DNA from: Flaccisagitta enflata
Lineage: Eukaryota
Length of the DNA: 64,000 nt
Assembly (NCBI GenBank): GCA_965153355.1
Contig: OZ231126.1
Coordinates: 23,312,001-23,376,000 of the forward strand
Direction of reading: 5' to 3'
The translations under genes were made by a program, and so were the position numbers. Shown one piece after another: positions 28,870 to 43,815 of this stretch (position 1 is the first letter of the stretch; each line of letters opens with the position of its first letter). The notes under the pieces were generated by a model. That model was given only the letters and a program-made list of their open reading frames with translations. It was not told the DNA's origin and made no database searches.

Positions 28870-28999
28870 GTAAGGATTATCTGGATACCCATTATATGTA
28901 TCTGTAACTTTGCGTGACTCGTCATTACGCTGTTACGGAACTTGGCTCGTGCGATGACATATCATGAAAAGTGAAAATCAGACTCGTCCATGTATCTAA

Positions 29000-29121
<122 letters not shown>

Positions 29122-29175
29122 TTTTATCAGCTGTTTGTGAGCGCGTATGTAAGCCGTATGTAAGCCGCATGTCAG

Positions 29176-29251
<76 letters not shown>

Positions 29252-29320
29252 CTGATTCTAACGGCCTGAGAACTTTTATTGATTTTTTTTATCTTTCAAA
29301 CTTTTATTCAATAACAAAAG

Positions 29321-29553
29321 AGAGTGCAGCTCCTCTCGAACCCCAAGCAAATGAGCCGGAGGAGTTCCCTCTTCCACCAGCACCCGTGATTGAGCCTGAA
29401 AATTCCTCTTCCCCTCCTCCTCCTTCTCCTCCTCCTGCTGTTACTGCCGCCAACTTAGAGGAAGCCCCTGCCCCTCTCACGCCCCCGCCCGAAACCGCTG
29501 AAGCTTTGGTGTCGCCACCCGCTCCTGCCCGAGACGCCGTTGAACATAACCAG
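29321..29553 (+). CDS. Sip1: NHERF-like exon 6, Pro/Glu-rich linker (ESAAPLEPQ...DAVEHNQ)
   Basis: AAG acceptor after a pyrimidine tract, donor CAG|GTACTC, phase 1 to 0; GC-rich open frame. Confidence 0.8.
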
Positions 29554-30098
29554 GTACTCTCGCGTAATAAATGAATGAAAAATGAATGAATGAATGAATG
29601 CATGAACGAACCTACAAAAGAATAAATGAATGAATGAATGAATGAATGAATGAATGAATGAAGGAATGAATGAAAGAATCTGTTCAAATAACCCTCATAA
29701 GAACTCAAATCTTTATTTGGAAGGATCCTGAGTCACTACATTTACTGGTAGGGGCAAAAATAGCAATGCCCATTCAGATAGATGGACAGACAAACAAACC
29801 GACCAAGGGACAAAGCGACAGATTAATGCATGCACGGAATTTGCATGGATCTTCATGACATCAATTTGCATTGCTATTTTTAGATGCGTACACGCATCTC
29901 TATAGGACGCTTTGTCTGTCCATTGGCCCATCCGTTGGTCCATCATTGGTCTATTGATCTATGAATAGCTGCAAAAGCGTTAGATGGTCAGCGGTACCCG
30001 TGCCCTGCTTAAGTAGGTTGTGGTTAAAGTTGAGGGGGAAACAGGCATCTAAAGCGCTCTTTTTTGGGCAGCGGCCCCAAAGGTGTCGATGACCTAAC

Positions 30099-30687
30099 AC
30101 CCCTCTCAAAATTAAACGAACTCGGAAAATGATCAGAATTGAGAGTAAAAATGCATTATGAGGGCTGAAATTTGACACAGAGATAGCTCAAACATAGTAT
30201 CTTTGCAAACCGAGGCCAAATGGAGCATTCACGTTCGTGTGGGGCCCTGGTTGTGTGCTATGTCAAAAATGTGGTGGAAGACTTTTATTGATTTTGACAA
30301 GAAATCTTTTCATGGGGAGACGGCACAAACTTTCTCATTTTTTCCCAAATAAGCGGGGAGAAAACTGCCATTCCCGAGTTGGTAAATATCTACCAAGTAA
30401 CAATGACGCATTAGGAATAAGGAACAGCCCCACAAAGTGACTGAATCCCTTGACAAATAGGTTGGTTTAACCTAACAATTTGGAACTTCCATCCAAAATA
30501 CCATAGCATGTTACCAATTGAAATAAGAGATTAGGAGCCATTGGTTGACTTTCTTCAGAGAATTTTTTTAGAATGCTGCTGGAATTACATATTGTAAAGT
30601 TACCTTAACATTCAGACTATTCATCTGTAATTCATAAAGCATTTACAGACTTGCTCTGATCCCAGTTCGCCTAATTTTGAGAGGGGT
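30099..30687. mobile_element. TIR element nested in a GGGCAGCGGCCCC-family repeat
   Basis: ACCCCTCTCAAAATTA..CGAACT / AGTTCG..TAATTTTGAGAGGGGT; the interior resembles 13480-13540. Confidence 0.7.
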
Positions 30688-32316
30688 CAAGCAGTGCCAT
30701 GATCTGGGGAATTTTTCTCCCTCCTTCTTCGCACCCCCCCACCACCCAGTTCATAACTCAACCTGAGGCCCACATCCCAGCTCCCGGCACTAAACTCAGC
30801 CTGAGGCCCAAACCTTGTGAGACTGGAATCTGGGCCTGGGGGAGGCTGGATTGTGGGGCCTGAGGTGGATTGGGCCTCAAGACTGAGATTTGGTCCTCCA
30901 GGCTGGGATATGGGCCTCCAGGCTGGATAACTCAGCCTGAGGCTGGGGGGAGGGGGGTATGAAGGGGCCGCTTCGGGGCCGCTGCCCAAAAAAGAGCGCT
31001 TTAGGTGCTTTTGTGTGTGTGGGGTGAGGATTGTGAAGTGTTGATTAGGGTTAGACACCCCTGCCCACCCGTCCGCAATATTGTGACCCCGCGTTACTTG
31101 TTTCTAATTCTCATGGGTAAATTGAAATCGATATTCTTCCCATGGTGACTGCTGTCCAATCTATGCTTTTTGGGCAGCGGTCCTGAAGGGGCCGATGACC
31201 TATGCTTTCACACATAGGGGAAATTTTTCCTTCTCCTTCTCCGTCCACCCCCTTCGAAGCTCATGTCCTGGCCTTCGGGCCCTAATCCTAGTCTTGAGGC
31301 CCAAATCTTAGTCTCGAGGCCCAAGTCCTCAGCCTCTCATGGCTCAAATCCAACTCTAGAGGCTCAAATCCCAACCTTGAGGCTCAAATCCTGGCCTAGA
31401 GGCCCATCCTAGCCCCCGAGGCTCAAAATCCCAGCCTCAAGGCCCAAATCCCAGCCTGTTACCACAAATCCCAGCCTCAAGTCTCAAATTTCAGCCTTGA
31501 TGCTCAAATCACAGCCTAAAACCTCAAATCACAGCCTCAATACTCAAATCCTAGCCTTGAGGCTCAAATTGCAGCTTCGAGGCCTCAAACACAGCGTCGA
31601 GGCTCAAATCACAGCCTTGAGGCTCAAATCAAAGCCTCATGGCCTCAATCACAGCCTTGAGGCTTAAATCTATTGATGCCTCAAATTCAATCCCTGAGCT
31701 TCATAAAATCACTACATAGGTCATCGGCTCCCTTCGGCCGCTGCCCCTCTCACCATCACACACCCATATATACTTAGTAACTTACATAGTTACTTACTTA
31801 CATAGGGGCAATGGGTACCGCTGACCATCTAACGCTTTTGCGACTATTTTTGATACATCCGTTAGAAACGCATCTCTATATTTGGTTCAGTCCAACCGTC
31901 GGTCCATCCTGCCTGAGCAAAGACTGTGTTTCTTGGTTGATTATGGCCACAGTGAGATACTTTACTGAAATGACCGACAGACATGTTTTGAGAGCCTCTT
32001 TATGTTACTATGTCGTTTCATCCGTCTGTTCCTCTTTCCGTATATGTGCAATACATGCAGAAACACAGCCCGGACACATTGTAGCACGGTCGGGCTTGTT
32101 TCTTCTTTACAGCAACTTAAAACCGAAATTCTTTCTCAGAGTGGCAGTGGTTCTAATAATTGTTTTTTTCACTTATAGCAACTTGAAATCGAGATTCCTT
32201 TTTCTAGTGGCAGTAGTTCTAATGATTGTTGTTTTTCCCTTACAGCAACTTGAAATTGAGATTCCTACTCCTAGTGGCAGCGGTCCTATTGATTGCTCTT
32301 TTTTTTTCCCTTACAG

Positions 32317-32400
32317 CAACTTGAAATCGAGATTCCTTCTCCAAGTGGCAGCGGTCCTAATGATCAGGTCACACCGCCACCGCCTTATGAAGCTTCTGTG
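32317..32400 (+). CDS. Sip1: NHERF-like exon 7, symmetric cassette (QLEIEIPSPSGSGPNDQVTPPPPYEASV)
   Basis: Acceptor ttcccttacag, donor GTG|GTGAGT, 84 nt, phase 0-0; contains a PPxY motif. Confidence 0.75.
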
Positions 32401-32577
32401 GTGAGTCAATGAGTCATTTTGACCTTTTCTGATCATTTTGAAGAAATTACTATACATTCCCCCTCCCCCTACCCTTTGAGAAAATTTTTGTGTAAAATTA
32501 ACGCCATCGCTATGATGGGAGCAAATGGACAGAAAAAAGGTGTGGACTACATAGATACCTAAGGCTAAGGATATGTA

Positions 32578-33324
32578 CAGGGTGTACCAACTCAGTTGTA
32601 ACATAAAGAATCATTTATCTCTGCTTCTAAAAAAGATATTATAATTCTGAAAGTTCTGTTATATTTTTGAAAACGATTTTTGCTTGATAGGATAAAAATA
32701 ATGGGAATATAAAATAGCAGGAAAAAAAGGCTCAAGTATAATGCTTTTTATAAAATTTTGTATATTTTCATTGATTTCCAATATCAAACTCTCGTTGACT
32801 TTGTCTTTAGTTCTTTTGACAAAACATGCCAATGTGCAAAAAAAATATATATTTTATGTAATTAAAGAGAATTCAAGAGAAGAACTCACATTTTTTCTGT
32901 AGAGATTGTGAGTTTACAAAATCATTTGGAAATCGAGGTTTTTTTAAAAGCATGGTTTTGAAGGAAAGAAATGCAAAATTTTCACTATTTTGAAGATGTT
33001 TGTTATTGGGGCCAAAAACTACAGCTAAAAATCTTTGATTTGAGACCAATCTGAGGTCTGTAGCTCAATTCGTTTTGAAATGAGAGCCTTTCAAAGAAAC
33101 AGTATCCAGAAAAAAAGATAGTTAAATTTGTTTTTATTTAGAAATAGCTGTTTCACTTTGTGCTAACACAGAAATTTTTACAGGATCGATCTGCCTTCCT
33201 TTGCACAAAGTAGGTGCAACCTGTTTTTTAAGAGCTTTTGTAATTTTTTTCTGTATTAAGATTATCTTCTCTAGAAGCTGAGATACATCGATTCTTTATG
33301 TTACAACTGAGTTGGTACACCCTG
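32578..33324. mobile_element. Tc1/mariner-type MITE
   Basis: Perfect TIR CAGGGTGTACCAACTCAGTTGTAACATAAAGAATC; TA TSD. Confidence 0.92.
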
Positions 33325-33520
33325 TAGTTGATAAATAAAGCGTCCAGTTATTTTGATATTCTACAAGCAAAAAGTGGAGACCGTGATCTTTTCAAAGCCT
33401 TGTTTACAGTCATTGAGAATTGTTCCTGGAAGCCGGATTATGTCGATTGTTTTTGTTGCAACTGAAATGAATCACCCTATTCTTATGAAACTTATCTCTT
33501 TGCGCGAATTTGTCTTTCAG

Positions 33521-34009
33521 GAAACTCCGGAGGCTTCTCCTCTTCCTTCTCCTCATCCTGGCAACTTTGCTGAGGAGGCGTCTTCCAATTTCGTCGTCAA
33601 AAAGCAGAGTCCGCCTTCAACATCTCGTGTGGAGCATCCGGAAGTGGCCGCTGCCAACAACGGCGTCAACAACGACGTCAACAACGGCGTCAACAACGGC
33701 GTCAACAACGGCGTTGACGCCGGCGTTGTAATTCCGTCGAAAAGCGCCGCAGTCAGTCGCGACAACCACGCCGCCGCCACCAACACTGCCGCGTATAATA
33801 ACCATGGCAGCAACAACAATAATAGCACCAGCGCCACCAACACCAGCAGCAACAACAATAATAATAAAAGTTTGGACGGCGAACCAGTTTTTGGACTTTC
33901 AGTGGCAGACATGCGAGCGCGTTTACAAGCGAAAAAACGAGCTGACGTAAGAGAAGCTGACAACAACAGAAATTTTAAGGAGAAATACGAAATCTTTCAA
34001 AAGTTGTGA
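33521..34009 (+). CDS. Sip1: NHERF-like terminal exon with ERM-binding tail (...LSVADMRARLQAKKR...FKEKYEIFQKL*)
   Basis: Acceptor tgtctttcag, phase 0. The C-terminus resembles the EBP50/Sip1 ERM(FERM)-binding tail. The spliced CDS totals 1335 nt (444 aa plus stop). Confidence 0.92.
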   Translation, partial: ETPEASPLPSPHPGNFAEEASSNFVVKKQSPPSTSRVEHPEVAAANNGVNNDVNNGVNNGVNNGVDAGVVIPSKSAAVSRDNHAAATNTAAYNNHGSNNNNSTSATNTSSNNNNNKSLDGEPVFGLSVADMRARLQAKKRADVREADNNRNFKEKYEIFQKL

Positions 34010-35750
34010 ATGTACGTGGGAAATGGGTGATATTGTAAGTGTCCATAACCCATGCTTAGATGAATCGCGACTTCGATCTTTTAGGCTTTGATAGAGAAAC
34101 AAGGCCAATATTTTTAAGTCGCGTGCGAGACTTACAGACTTAAAATGACTTAAAATGACTTGGAATGACTTAGATGACTTAGAGTTCTTGAGAATGACTT
34201 AGAATGACCTAATGACCAAAAAAGTAAAAGGAACCGACCAACCGATCAACCAACCAACAGACGGACAAAGCAGGGTAAAGAGTCGCGTGCACGCGACTTA
34301 AAAAGAAAATGATAAGATAGTTTCTGGCCACAATTTTTTTGTTTTTTTTTCATGAGAATTATGTCAGAACGGCTTAGTATTGATCTAATTTTACAGAACA
34401 ATGTAGCCTACATAGGTCAGTTGCAATTAATCTGAGTATGATTGTGATTAAGAATTTGAATTGGTTGGGTTTCCTCCTGAGAGACGCTGTTATACATTCG
34501 GCTTTCCCCTGAAAAATTCACACCAAAGCTGTACGGTTTCTATTTTCATTTTCTCAAAAATCATAAATCAGTTTTTTTTCCCCATGGCCTACATTGTTTG
34601 TCTAAAGATGACATTCTTTTATACAATTGTGATAATATCATTTCCTTGCGCGGTTATTTACATTAATAAGCCATGAATTTTGTTGATCATTCCATAATTT
34701 CCATTCATTGCTTCGCGAAAAGTTTGTTGATTTTTTTTCGCCATCAAATCCCTTTTTCCATATTTTAGTCATTTTTGTAAGAATTGTCTGTTTGTCAGTC
34801 TGTTTGATGATCTGACTGTGGGTCTGTAACGCACAAGGCAAAAAGTGCTAAACTCGTATACATGACGTGAGTGTGTGTGTCGGGGGGAGGGACAGTACGC
34901 CCTGCCCACTGCCCAGTGCCCACTCGTCTGCAGCAATTTTGGAACCCCGGGTTACATTTTTTTGAAAACTTTTTTCAAGGTTGCTATAAAACTAGTGACC
35001 TTAATAGAAGTTTCTTTTTAGTTGCGGACATGTAACTCTATACGAGCTGAGTGCACGAAGACGCGCATTTATGATGCTGCAGTTGAGATTATCTGTGTGT
35101 GAGTGAGCATGGGGTGAGGAAGGGTAAGGATGTGGTAAGGTGTTACATGTACCTGTCCGTCCGTCCGCAACTTTATTGTGACCCCGAGTCACTTGGTTTA
35201 TTTGAAGTTATTTCAAACCCAGGATTTCAAGGGAACTATGCCTCTGACAGTTAAATTTCCTCAGTAATGGTGAGAGTGATTATTTTTCACAAAGATAGGC
35301 TTCGCTGACGATTTTCTTTTCTTATGAAAAAAACATGTCAATTGCCCTCGCATTTTCCTATTTTTTTCCGCCCTCCAAAGATTTTCCCTACATGATTGCC
35401 CAAAGATTTTCATTTATCCTGGCATAATATATCGTCAAGTGCTTTAAGTACTTAAAGCCATTTGATGTTACTGCGATCAAAATGATTATATATTTATATA
35501 TATACACGTGATCTTTCTTCATGGTAACTATTTGTATCATTGAAACCAGTTTACTTAATGGAGATGTGTTTTAACGGTTGGCCGTTGGTAAGACTGTAGA
35601 TCTAACCAAATTTATGCGGCACATGCTACAAAAACCTATACCATAAAAAGCTCACCCGGATCTAGTTATCATACTTCATTACTCTAAACTGCTCAAATTC
35701 AAGGCTAGTTTTGCAGATTCATACCAGCTCTATCATACAAGCTCTCACTG

Positions 35751-35820
<70 letters not shown>

Positions 35821-35831
35821 CTCTCTCTCTC

Positions 35832-35917
<86 letters not shown>

Positions 35918-38900
35918 TCGGCCCGGGTTGTCATGTTACATTGCATTTCATGGTAGATGCCATCTTCTTGGATTTTGATGGAACAGTTTATTTTTGATTA
36001 TCGCTGGTAGAGGCAAGCAAGTATTTTCGGTGTGAGTCATGTACAAGATCATCATCTCCTTTCTACTATCTAGAAAAGGTAATACTCACACACCTACAAC
36101 CAGTGTTTCGATGGAAGGACGCAATTTCTAAACGTTTGCAGTCTTTTCAAGTTGAAGCTCATTTTCAGGTGGGCGCATTTCCATTTCTAGATAGTAGTTC
36201 CTCTATAGTTTCTGGTCACATTTATAATTTTATCTACATTTCTGAAATTGTCGTCCATTTAGCCTTCTCTTAACCTCTTTGAATCAAAGATTGTATTTGT
36301 CGATAAATATCATTAGTTGAACAATAAATCGATCATCATTATCAATTTATCATTATGCTAATTATTTTAGTTTTTGACCTCTTAACTTAAGACTTAGGGC
36401 ACCCTCATTTAAGGCGTGTGTTGCCTTGTTGATAGCTTCTAACCTTTTTAACAAGGCCGGATACACGGCTACCCCAGTCGCGTGCGGGTGGGAAGGGGTG
36501 GTATTAGAGGTCACAAGAGCATTTGGGCAGAAGCAGTGAGCCCAAAGACCGCAAAAACATAAAACAAGTTAAGGGTGGACCGACTGACTGACGGGATAGC
36601 CGACAAACCAGCAAAGCCGAGTGTCGCGTAGTACCCGACCTGAAATGCTTTACCATATTAAGCTTAATGAAAATAAAATGTCATTTGTCATATGTAAGGA
36701 ATCCAAAAGCATATGTTACTTCTTGTGTATTTTGCTCGTAGAATTTTACAATATGAAATGTGGAACACAAAGTACATTACAGAATATCGAATCGCAGGAT
36801 GTAAACAATATTTTATAATGAATGTAACAACTCATCGTAAAATTCTATGTGGTGCTGCTAGGTACTACTTGGAATCCTGAATTTCCCTGTTTTAGATTCT
36901 TCTTTTTTAGGTGCGACAAAGCACCCTATAACTGGCTGTGTCCGTTGGTTGGTCGGTTGGTCGGTCTGTTGGGTAACGCATTCGTTCGACGATCCACACG
37001 TCGCACCTCATTGGCCTACTTGGCCTTGTTTCTTTTACTGCGCGCCATTATATGGCCCAAGAGGGCAATGGCTTTTCAAGATGGAGACTATCTTTTCTTT
37101 GCTGACGTTTGCTTCGCACAAATTAACGAAGGCCTGAATTAAATAGATAAAAGGCGATGGATTAAAAGACGTATCCTTGGGGGCAAAAAACTACCAAAAC
37201 ACAAGAATAACTAATAAAAATCGTTGGAAGCTCTACACAAGATCTTTCATTTGAGTCGTGTCTGGGAGCTGCAGCTCAAACGGTTTAGAGTCAAACGGTT
37301 TAGAGGTTGCAACAATTTGAATACAACAAGTCATTTTCTGTACGGTTTCAGTATGTTTTTTTGAGATGTGAAATACAAAAGCATAGTTAAAATCATCCAA
37401 TAGACACAAAAATTGAGTAGGTATTAGAGGTAATACACCCTTATAACTACCTAAAATTTTGTGGTAATCCAACAAAAACTTCTATCATTTTTCCAACTTC
37501 GAATTTTTTCTTTGATTCCCCATCAACGAGAAACGCGCACTCGATGAAATGAGTAGTTTTGTTCAAATCACTGTAATTCTTAAACTATTTGAGCTAGTAA
37601 TTCCAGACAACTCAAATGACAGATCTTTGTTAGCCCCCAATGTTTATGGCAATAAATAGAGAGTTGGGTAGAATTTTACCCCAACTTGAGTGACTTGAGA
37701 GTAACTGAAATTCAGCTGTAACAGATATCTAGAGCTTCAGTCTCTTCTGAAAATGGTAAAAAAAGTCAATTTCTTACTTGTAACTTCCTGAGAGGATAAT
37801 CATTGTCGCTCAGGTTGAAGCAGTTTTCGCTGAAAGTATCAACAACTGATTCGTAGCATGACTCCGCGTCTTTGTTTAATGGTTGTTGGTCCTAGAAATT
37901 GAAAGTGCAGACAATTATTCGGCTACTTCATTATGATGCTAAATTATTGATGGTAGAATTAAGTGTTTCAAACCACTTTTTGAATTTAAAGTTGAACAAG
38001 TATGAAGTAACGAACTACAAATATTTTTCTTGGGCACATTGTCTCTAGGGACACTTGGTGTGTACGTCTTTGTCATAAGCTGACCTCACCTTTAGATAAG
38101 GCAAGAAAATCAAGGATTTTGTGAAATTTTGCTTACATTTTTTTTTCTTTTCCTGTGGTCGAAATTCTAAGACACTTAAAGGCAGCGAAACTTTGCATCG
38201 TCAAAACATATTTCTCTCTGTAATCGAATTTGGAAGATAACTATGTTTTCCATTTTTAGATGCGTCCTCGCATCTCTATAAGAGGCTCTGTCCCTATGAA
38301 GGTATGTATGTATGTATGTATGTCTGAAGATCCGTGACAGGAAAATTTCAAAACGCGATTTCTATGGTTTTCTCTTCATTTCTCTTAATGTCTCTTCATA
38401 TATCTTCATGTCTCTTCATATATCTTCATGCCTTTTTGTCTTTTTGTCTCTTTTTGTCTCTTGTCTTTTTGTCTCTTTTGTCTCTTTTGTCTCCTCTATG
38501 TCTCCTATATGTCTCTTATGTCTTTTACGTCTCTTATGTCTTACGTCTCTTATGTCTCCTATTTCTCTTATGTTTCTCATGTCTCCTCATGTCTCTCCAT
38601 GTCTCTCCATGTCTCTTCATGTCTCTTAATGTCTCTTCATGTCTCTCATGTCTCTGTATGTTTCTTCATGTCTCTTCATGTCTCTCCATGCCTCTCCAAG
38701 TCTTTGTGTCTCTTTGTGAGAACAAGGTGTGGGGAGGGGGGTGGGGAGGCGTGGGGGGTAAGGAGGCGTGGGGGCGGAGGTGGGGAGGCGGGGGGTGGGG
38801 GTGGGGAGGCGGGGGGTGGGGGTGGGGAGGCGGGGGAGGGGGTGGGGAGAGGTTTGGGAGGCTGGGGGAGGGGAGGAGGGAGGAATCAGTTTATATTTTT

Positions 38901-39695
38901 CTCTTTATCTCAGTATCTTTATATCTTCATATCATTATATCTTAATATCTTGAATTCTTAATACTTTAATAATTTGTATCTTAATATCCTACATCTAAAG
39001 AGGACGCATCTATTGGACATCTCTTGGCCTTGTTTTTATTTTCTATGCAATTTAAGAATTTCGACTATCCCCTTGTCAGTGAACAAAAATGAGCTTTCCT
39101 CTATCAATGATACATTTCATCTCTCCCTCCTACTCTTTTTGAGCAGCGGCCCGAAAGGCCGATGTCCTGTAGAACACAGGGGGGAATTTCCAGACGTCCG
39201 TCCGTCCGTCCCTCCGTCCTTCCATCCTTCCGTCTGTCCGTCCTTCCGTCCCCCCCATCAAGACCTTAAATCTGCCCTCCCAGCCCTCAATTTAGCCTTC
39301 GAGGCCTCAAGTCAGCCTTCCAGGCTTATAATCAGCCCCCTCAGCCTCAAATCTGCCCTCCAGACCTCAAATCTGCCCTCCAGACTTTCAATTAGCCTCT
39401 AAAGCATCAAACCAGCCGTCCGAGGCTCAAATTTGCCCTCAAAACCTCAAATCTGCTCTCCAAGCCTTGATTCTGCCCTACAGCCTTCAAATATGCCTTC
39501 AGTGGCTTAAATTAGTCATCTAAGGCCTGAAATATGCCCCCTCAGGACGTCTGGAAATTCCCCCCTGTGTTCTACAGGACATCGGCCCTTTGGGGCCGCT
39601 GCCCTGCTCTCACTCCACTTCATCACTGAATCACTCCCAGCAGGGCATCGGGTACCGCTGACCATGTGCGATCCTTGGATGACCAGTTCTCTCTC

Positions 39696-39872
<177 letters not shown>

Positions 39873-39879
39873 CTACTAT

Positions 39880-40103
<224 letters not shown>

Positions 40104-40701
40104 TTTCTGGCCCCAGGATGCTGATACACTCCTTCTCTTCCTTCTTCTTCTCCTCCTTCTCCGTCCACCCCCTTCAAAGCTCACATCTTGGCCCTGAGGC
40201 TCAAATCCCAGCTTTGAGGCCCAAATCCTCGTCTCGAGGCCCAAATTTTAGCCTCAAGGCCCAAATCTTAGCCTTGAGGCTCAAATTCCAACCTCAAGGC
40301 TCAAATCCTAGTCTCAAGGCTCAAATCCCAGCCTTGAGGTTCAAATCCCAGCCTTAAGACTCAAATTCCAGCCTTAAGCCTCTAATCCCAGCCTTTGAGA
40401 GTCAAATCCCAGTCTGGACCAAAATCACAGCCTCAAGGCGCAAGTCACAGCCTCGAGGCTCAAATCCCAGTGTTGATGCTCAAATTCAAGCCTAGAGCTT
40501 CAAAACTTACTAAGCATAGGTCATCGGCCCCATCGGGGCTGTTGCCCCTCTCACCATCACACACCCACATACAAACACACAGGGGCAACGGGTACCGCTG
40601 ACCATCTAACGCTTTTGCGACTATTTTTCTTTCTTTTCTTTTTTTCTCCCTCTGCGTTTTCCCCCCTCATTGCTTTACTAGACTGAAGTCAAGATAAAAG
40701 A

Positions 40702-40762
<61 letters not shown>

Positions 40763-43717
40763 TGACAGTCAGACAGTCAAAGAGATAGTGGACAGACTTT
40801 GGACAATCATTCTGATGTGGTAATAAACGTCGTCGGTCTAAACTCAAAGGGTAATAAAAGATCAATTTATGCCGGTCTCCTCCTCTTCATCCTCCTCCTC
40901 CGCCTCTTCATCCTCCTCTTTCTCCCCCTCCTTTTCGGCAGCGGCCCCAAAGGGACCAATGACCTTTGCTTTCACACATATGGGAGATTTTCACTCAATT
41001 TCTCCTTCTCTTTCTTCTTCTTCTCCCTCTCCATCCTGGCTTCAACGCCCAAATTCTAGCCTTCCGACTCATATCCCACCCATCTGGCTCAAACCCCAGC
41101 CTCAGTACTCAAATCCTAGCCTCAGGAACAAATTTCAGCTGCAAAGGTCAAATCCTAGCCTCAAGGCCCAAATCCCAGGCTCAAGGCTCAAATCCCAGCC
41201 TCAAAGTTCAAATCCCAAACTTTGGGCTCAAATACCAACCTCAGGGCTCAAATCCCAGCCTCCACGCTAAAATGCCAGGTATTAAGAATACACATCGGCT
41301 ACAGCATTGGTCATCGGCCCCTTCATGGCCGCTGCCCCTCTTACCACTGCATAACTTAAACAACTTAGGGGCAGCGGGTACCGCGGACCATCTGACGCTT
41401 TTGCGACTATTCTCCCTTCAACTTCCCCTCACTTCTATCCTCTCTCCCAGTTGAGTCGCTTTTTGGCCCAAGCGCGAGTTTGTAGCGAATTGCCGAACCA
41501 GCGAAAATATATTCGCGTTTTCCTACTCAGTCAAAGACGCAAACTGCGCGTTAGAAAACGAACTAACTTTACCGACTGAAGTATTTGGTCACTCTTTTGC
41601 AAATTGAGCGTCTTTTGCCGCGATCAATATGATATGATATACATTGAGAGCAATAAGGCCCAAAGAAAGAGGTTCGTTTCCAGCTTCACTGTTAACCAAA
41701 AAGAAAAAAAGTCCACTAACTCTCTGGCTCTCCGGGTATTAACTTCTGACTCTGATGAGAGAGGAATACTCAACTAAAACCCGAAACCTATAGATCTAGA
41801 GCTTTCACGTCAAATGTGATGAAAGGGAATTCATAGTCGGTTTTATCCTAAAACATTTAGCATGGAGTTTATATTCACTCCAAGCCTTGGATCATCAACT
41901 TTCAGTAAAACTGTAGAAGGTCAACTTTGCATTGGCCCTATTGATCTCGACGTACTACGAGAGGGAGTGCCCGAGGATCCGTGGGTAAGTAGGTAGGTAA
42001 GTATGAAGGTAGGTAGGTAGGTTGGCAGTAAGTTGGGTAAGTAGGTAGGTATGAGCGTCATACTGAAATGAGCATTGCACTACCGTCCATCAGCATTTTG
42101 TATTCGCATCTTATTGATTAGTTTAGATGAATTCATCTTACTCATGTAATCATGTTATTCATGTACCATTAAATGACTTTGAAGAATGGGTTTATGGAAG
42201 AGATTGTGGATTAAACGCAAGCCTCATGTAAAAATCGAACTTAACTAAAGATGGAACGATGTAATCATACTAATTGGCAAATATGATTATCAGGGAATGA
42301 TTAGTTCAATTGATGCGGTTGTCCCTGAGTCTGAGTAGGTATCAAAATGTTAACAGGTCGCCCAAGGGCAATATGTGGTCAGCGATACCCGTTGCCCTGC
42401 TTTGAGTGATTGTGAATTGGAGTGAGGGGGAGCAGGGCAGCGGCCCTAAAGGGGACGAAGTCCTGTAGAACACAGGGGGACTTTCGTTCGTCCTGCCTGA
42501 AGAAGTGGATGAGATGCTATGGAGGGCTGACTGATAGCCTTCAAGAGCCTAAACTGAGGTCTAAGAAGGCTGATGTAAGGCCTGAGATTGCCAATCGAAA
42601 GCTTGAGAGGGCTGACTTGAGGCTTGAGAGAGCTGGATTAAGGCTTGAATGGTCAGAAAGCGATAAATCGAGGCTTAGATAGCTGATTTGAGGCCTGAGA
42701 AGCCCAATTTGAGGCCTGGGTGGTCAGGTTTGAGGCCTCAGAATTTGGATTTGAGGCCTGAGAAGCCCAATTTGAGGCCTGAGAGGCCAGGTTTGAGGCC
42801 TGAGAGGTTGGATTTGAGGCCTAGGAGGCTGGATTTGAGCCCTGGGAGGCTGGATTTGAGGCTTGAGAGGCTGGATTTGAGGCTTGAGAGGCTGTATTTG
42901 CGACCTGAGAGGCCAGATTTGTGGCCTGAGGGGCCTGATGAGGGGGGGGGGGGACGAACGAACGAAGAAATGAATGGACGAACGAAAGTCCCCCTGTGTT
43001 CTACAAGACTTTGTCCCCTTCGGGGCCGCTGCCCAAAAATCGATGTATCTTAAAGAGATATTTGACAAGGACATCGTTCAAAATCAAATTTGCCAAAAAC
43101 TAACCATGGCATGTTTTGACGAAAAAACATGGTTCATTTTGCAATGGTCTCTTTTCTTCTTTTTTCTTCTTCTTTTTAGTCGCTGGGTAAGCGACTCTAT
43201 AAGAGGGTCTGAAGGTCTGTCCGTAACGCGAAATTTTGGATGACACCAAATTGGTAATTTCTGAGGATAACAGCCCCTGTCCACCCAAAATACAGCCCCT
43301 GCCAACTCGTATTACTGCCCTGCCCCTCAGTATACTGCCCCGCACACCCGCCAGCGACTGCTTATTGGCCGTGTATCCGGCCTCGTTTGCATTCTTCTCG
43401 TTTCTTGATCCATTTTCTGTTACCTTTTACTCGCAAGCGGACAAGCGAATTTTTACGTTGCTTGGTGCTGTTGTTGTTGATCTATCATTGAGCTAGTTAG
43501 CAATTTTATCATCCGATTCTTAATTAACGTAATCTTCTTTGGATTGAAGAAGCGGCAAATCTTTATGTGAGGAATTAAATGTTCTTTATCAAGAGTTAGT
43601 GGCATTGCTTCTAAATGAGGGAGGGATCAATGAAAAAAGAAAAAAGATACTAATGACCAGGGCCGTATGGCAAGGAACCGCCGGGCCGCCATAGCGGCCC
43701 CTTGTTGGGACACACTT

Positions 43718-43815
<98 letters not shown>

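Noticed and set aside
42688-43074. RPERLDL leucine-repeat ORFs (also near 16550-17180 and 54418-54987)
   Set aside because: Produced by the 21-bp internal repeats of the GGGCAGCGGCCCC family.
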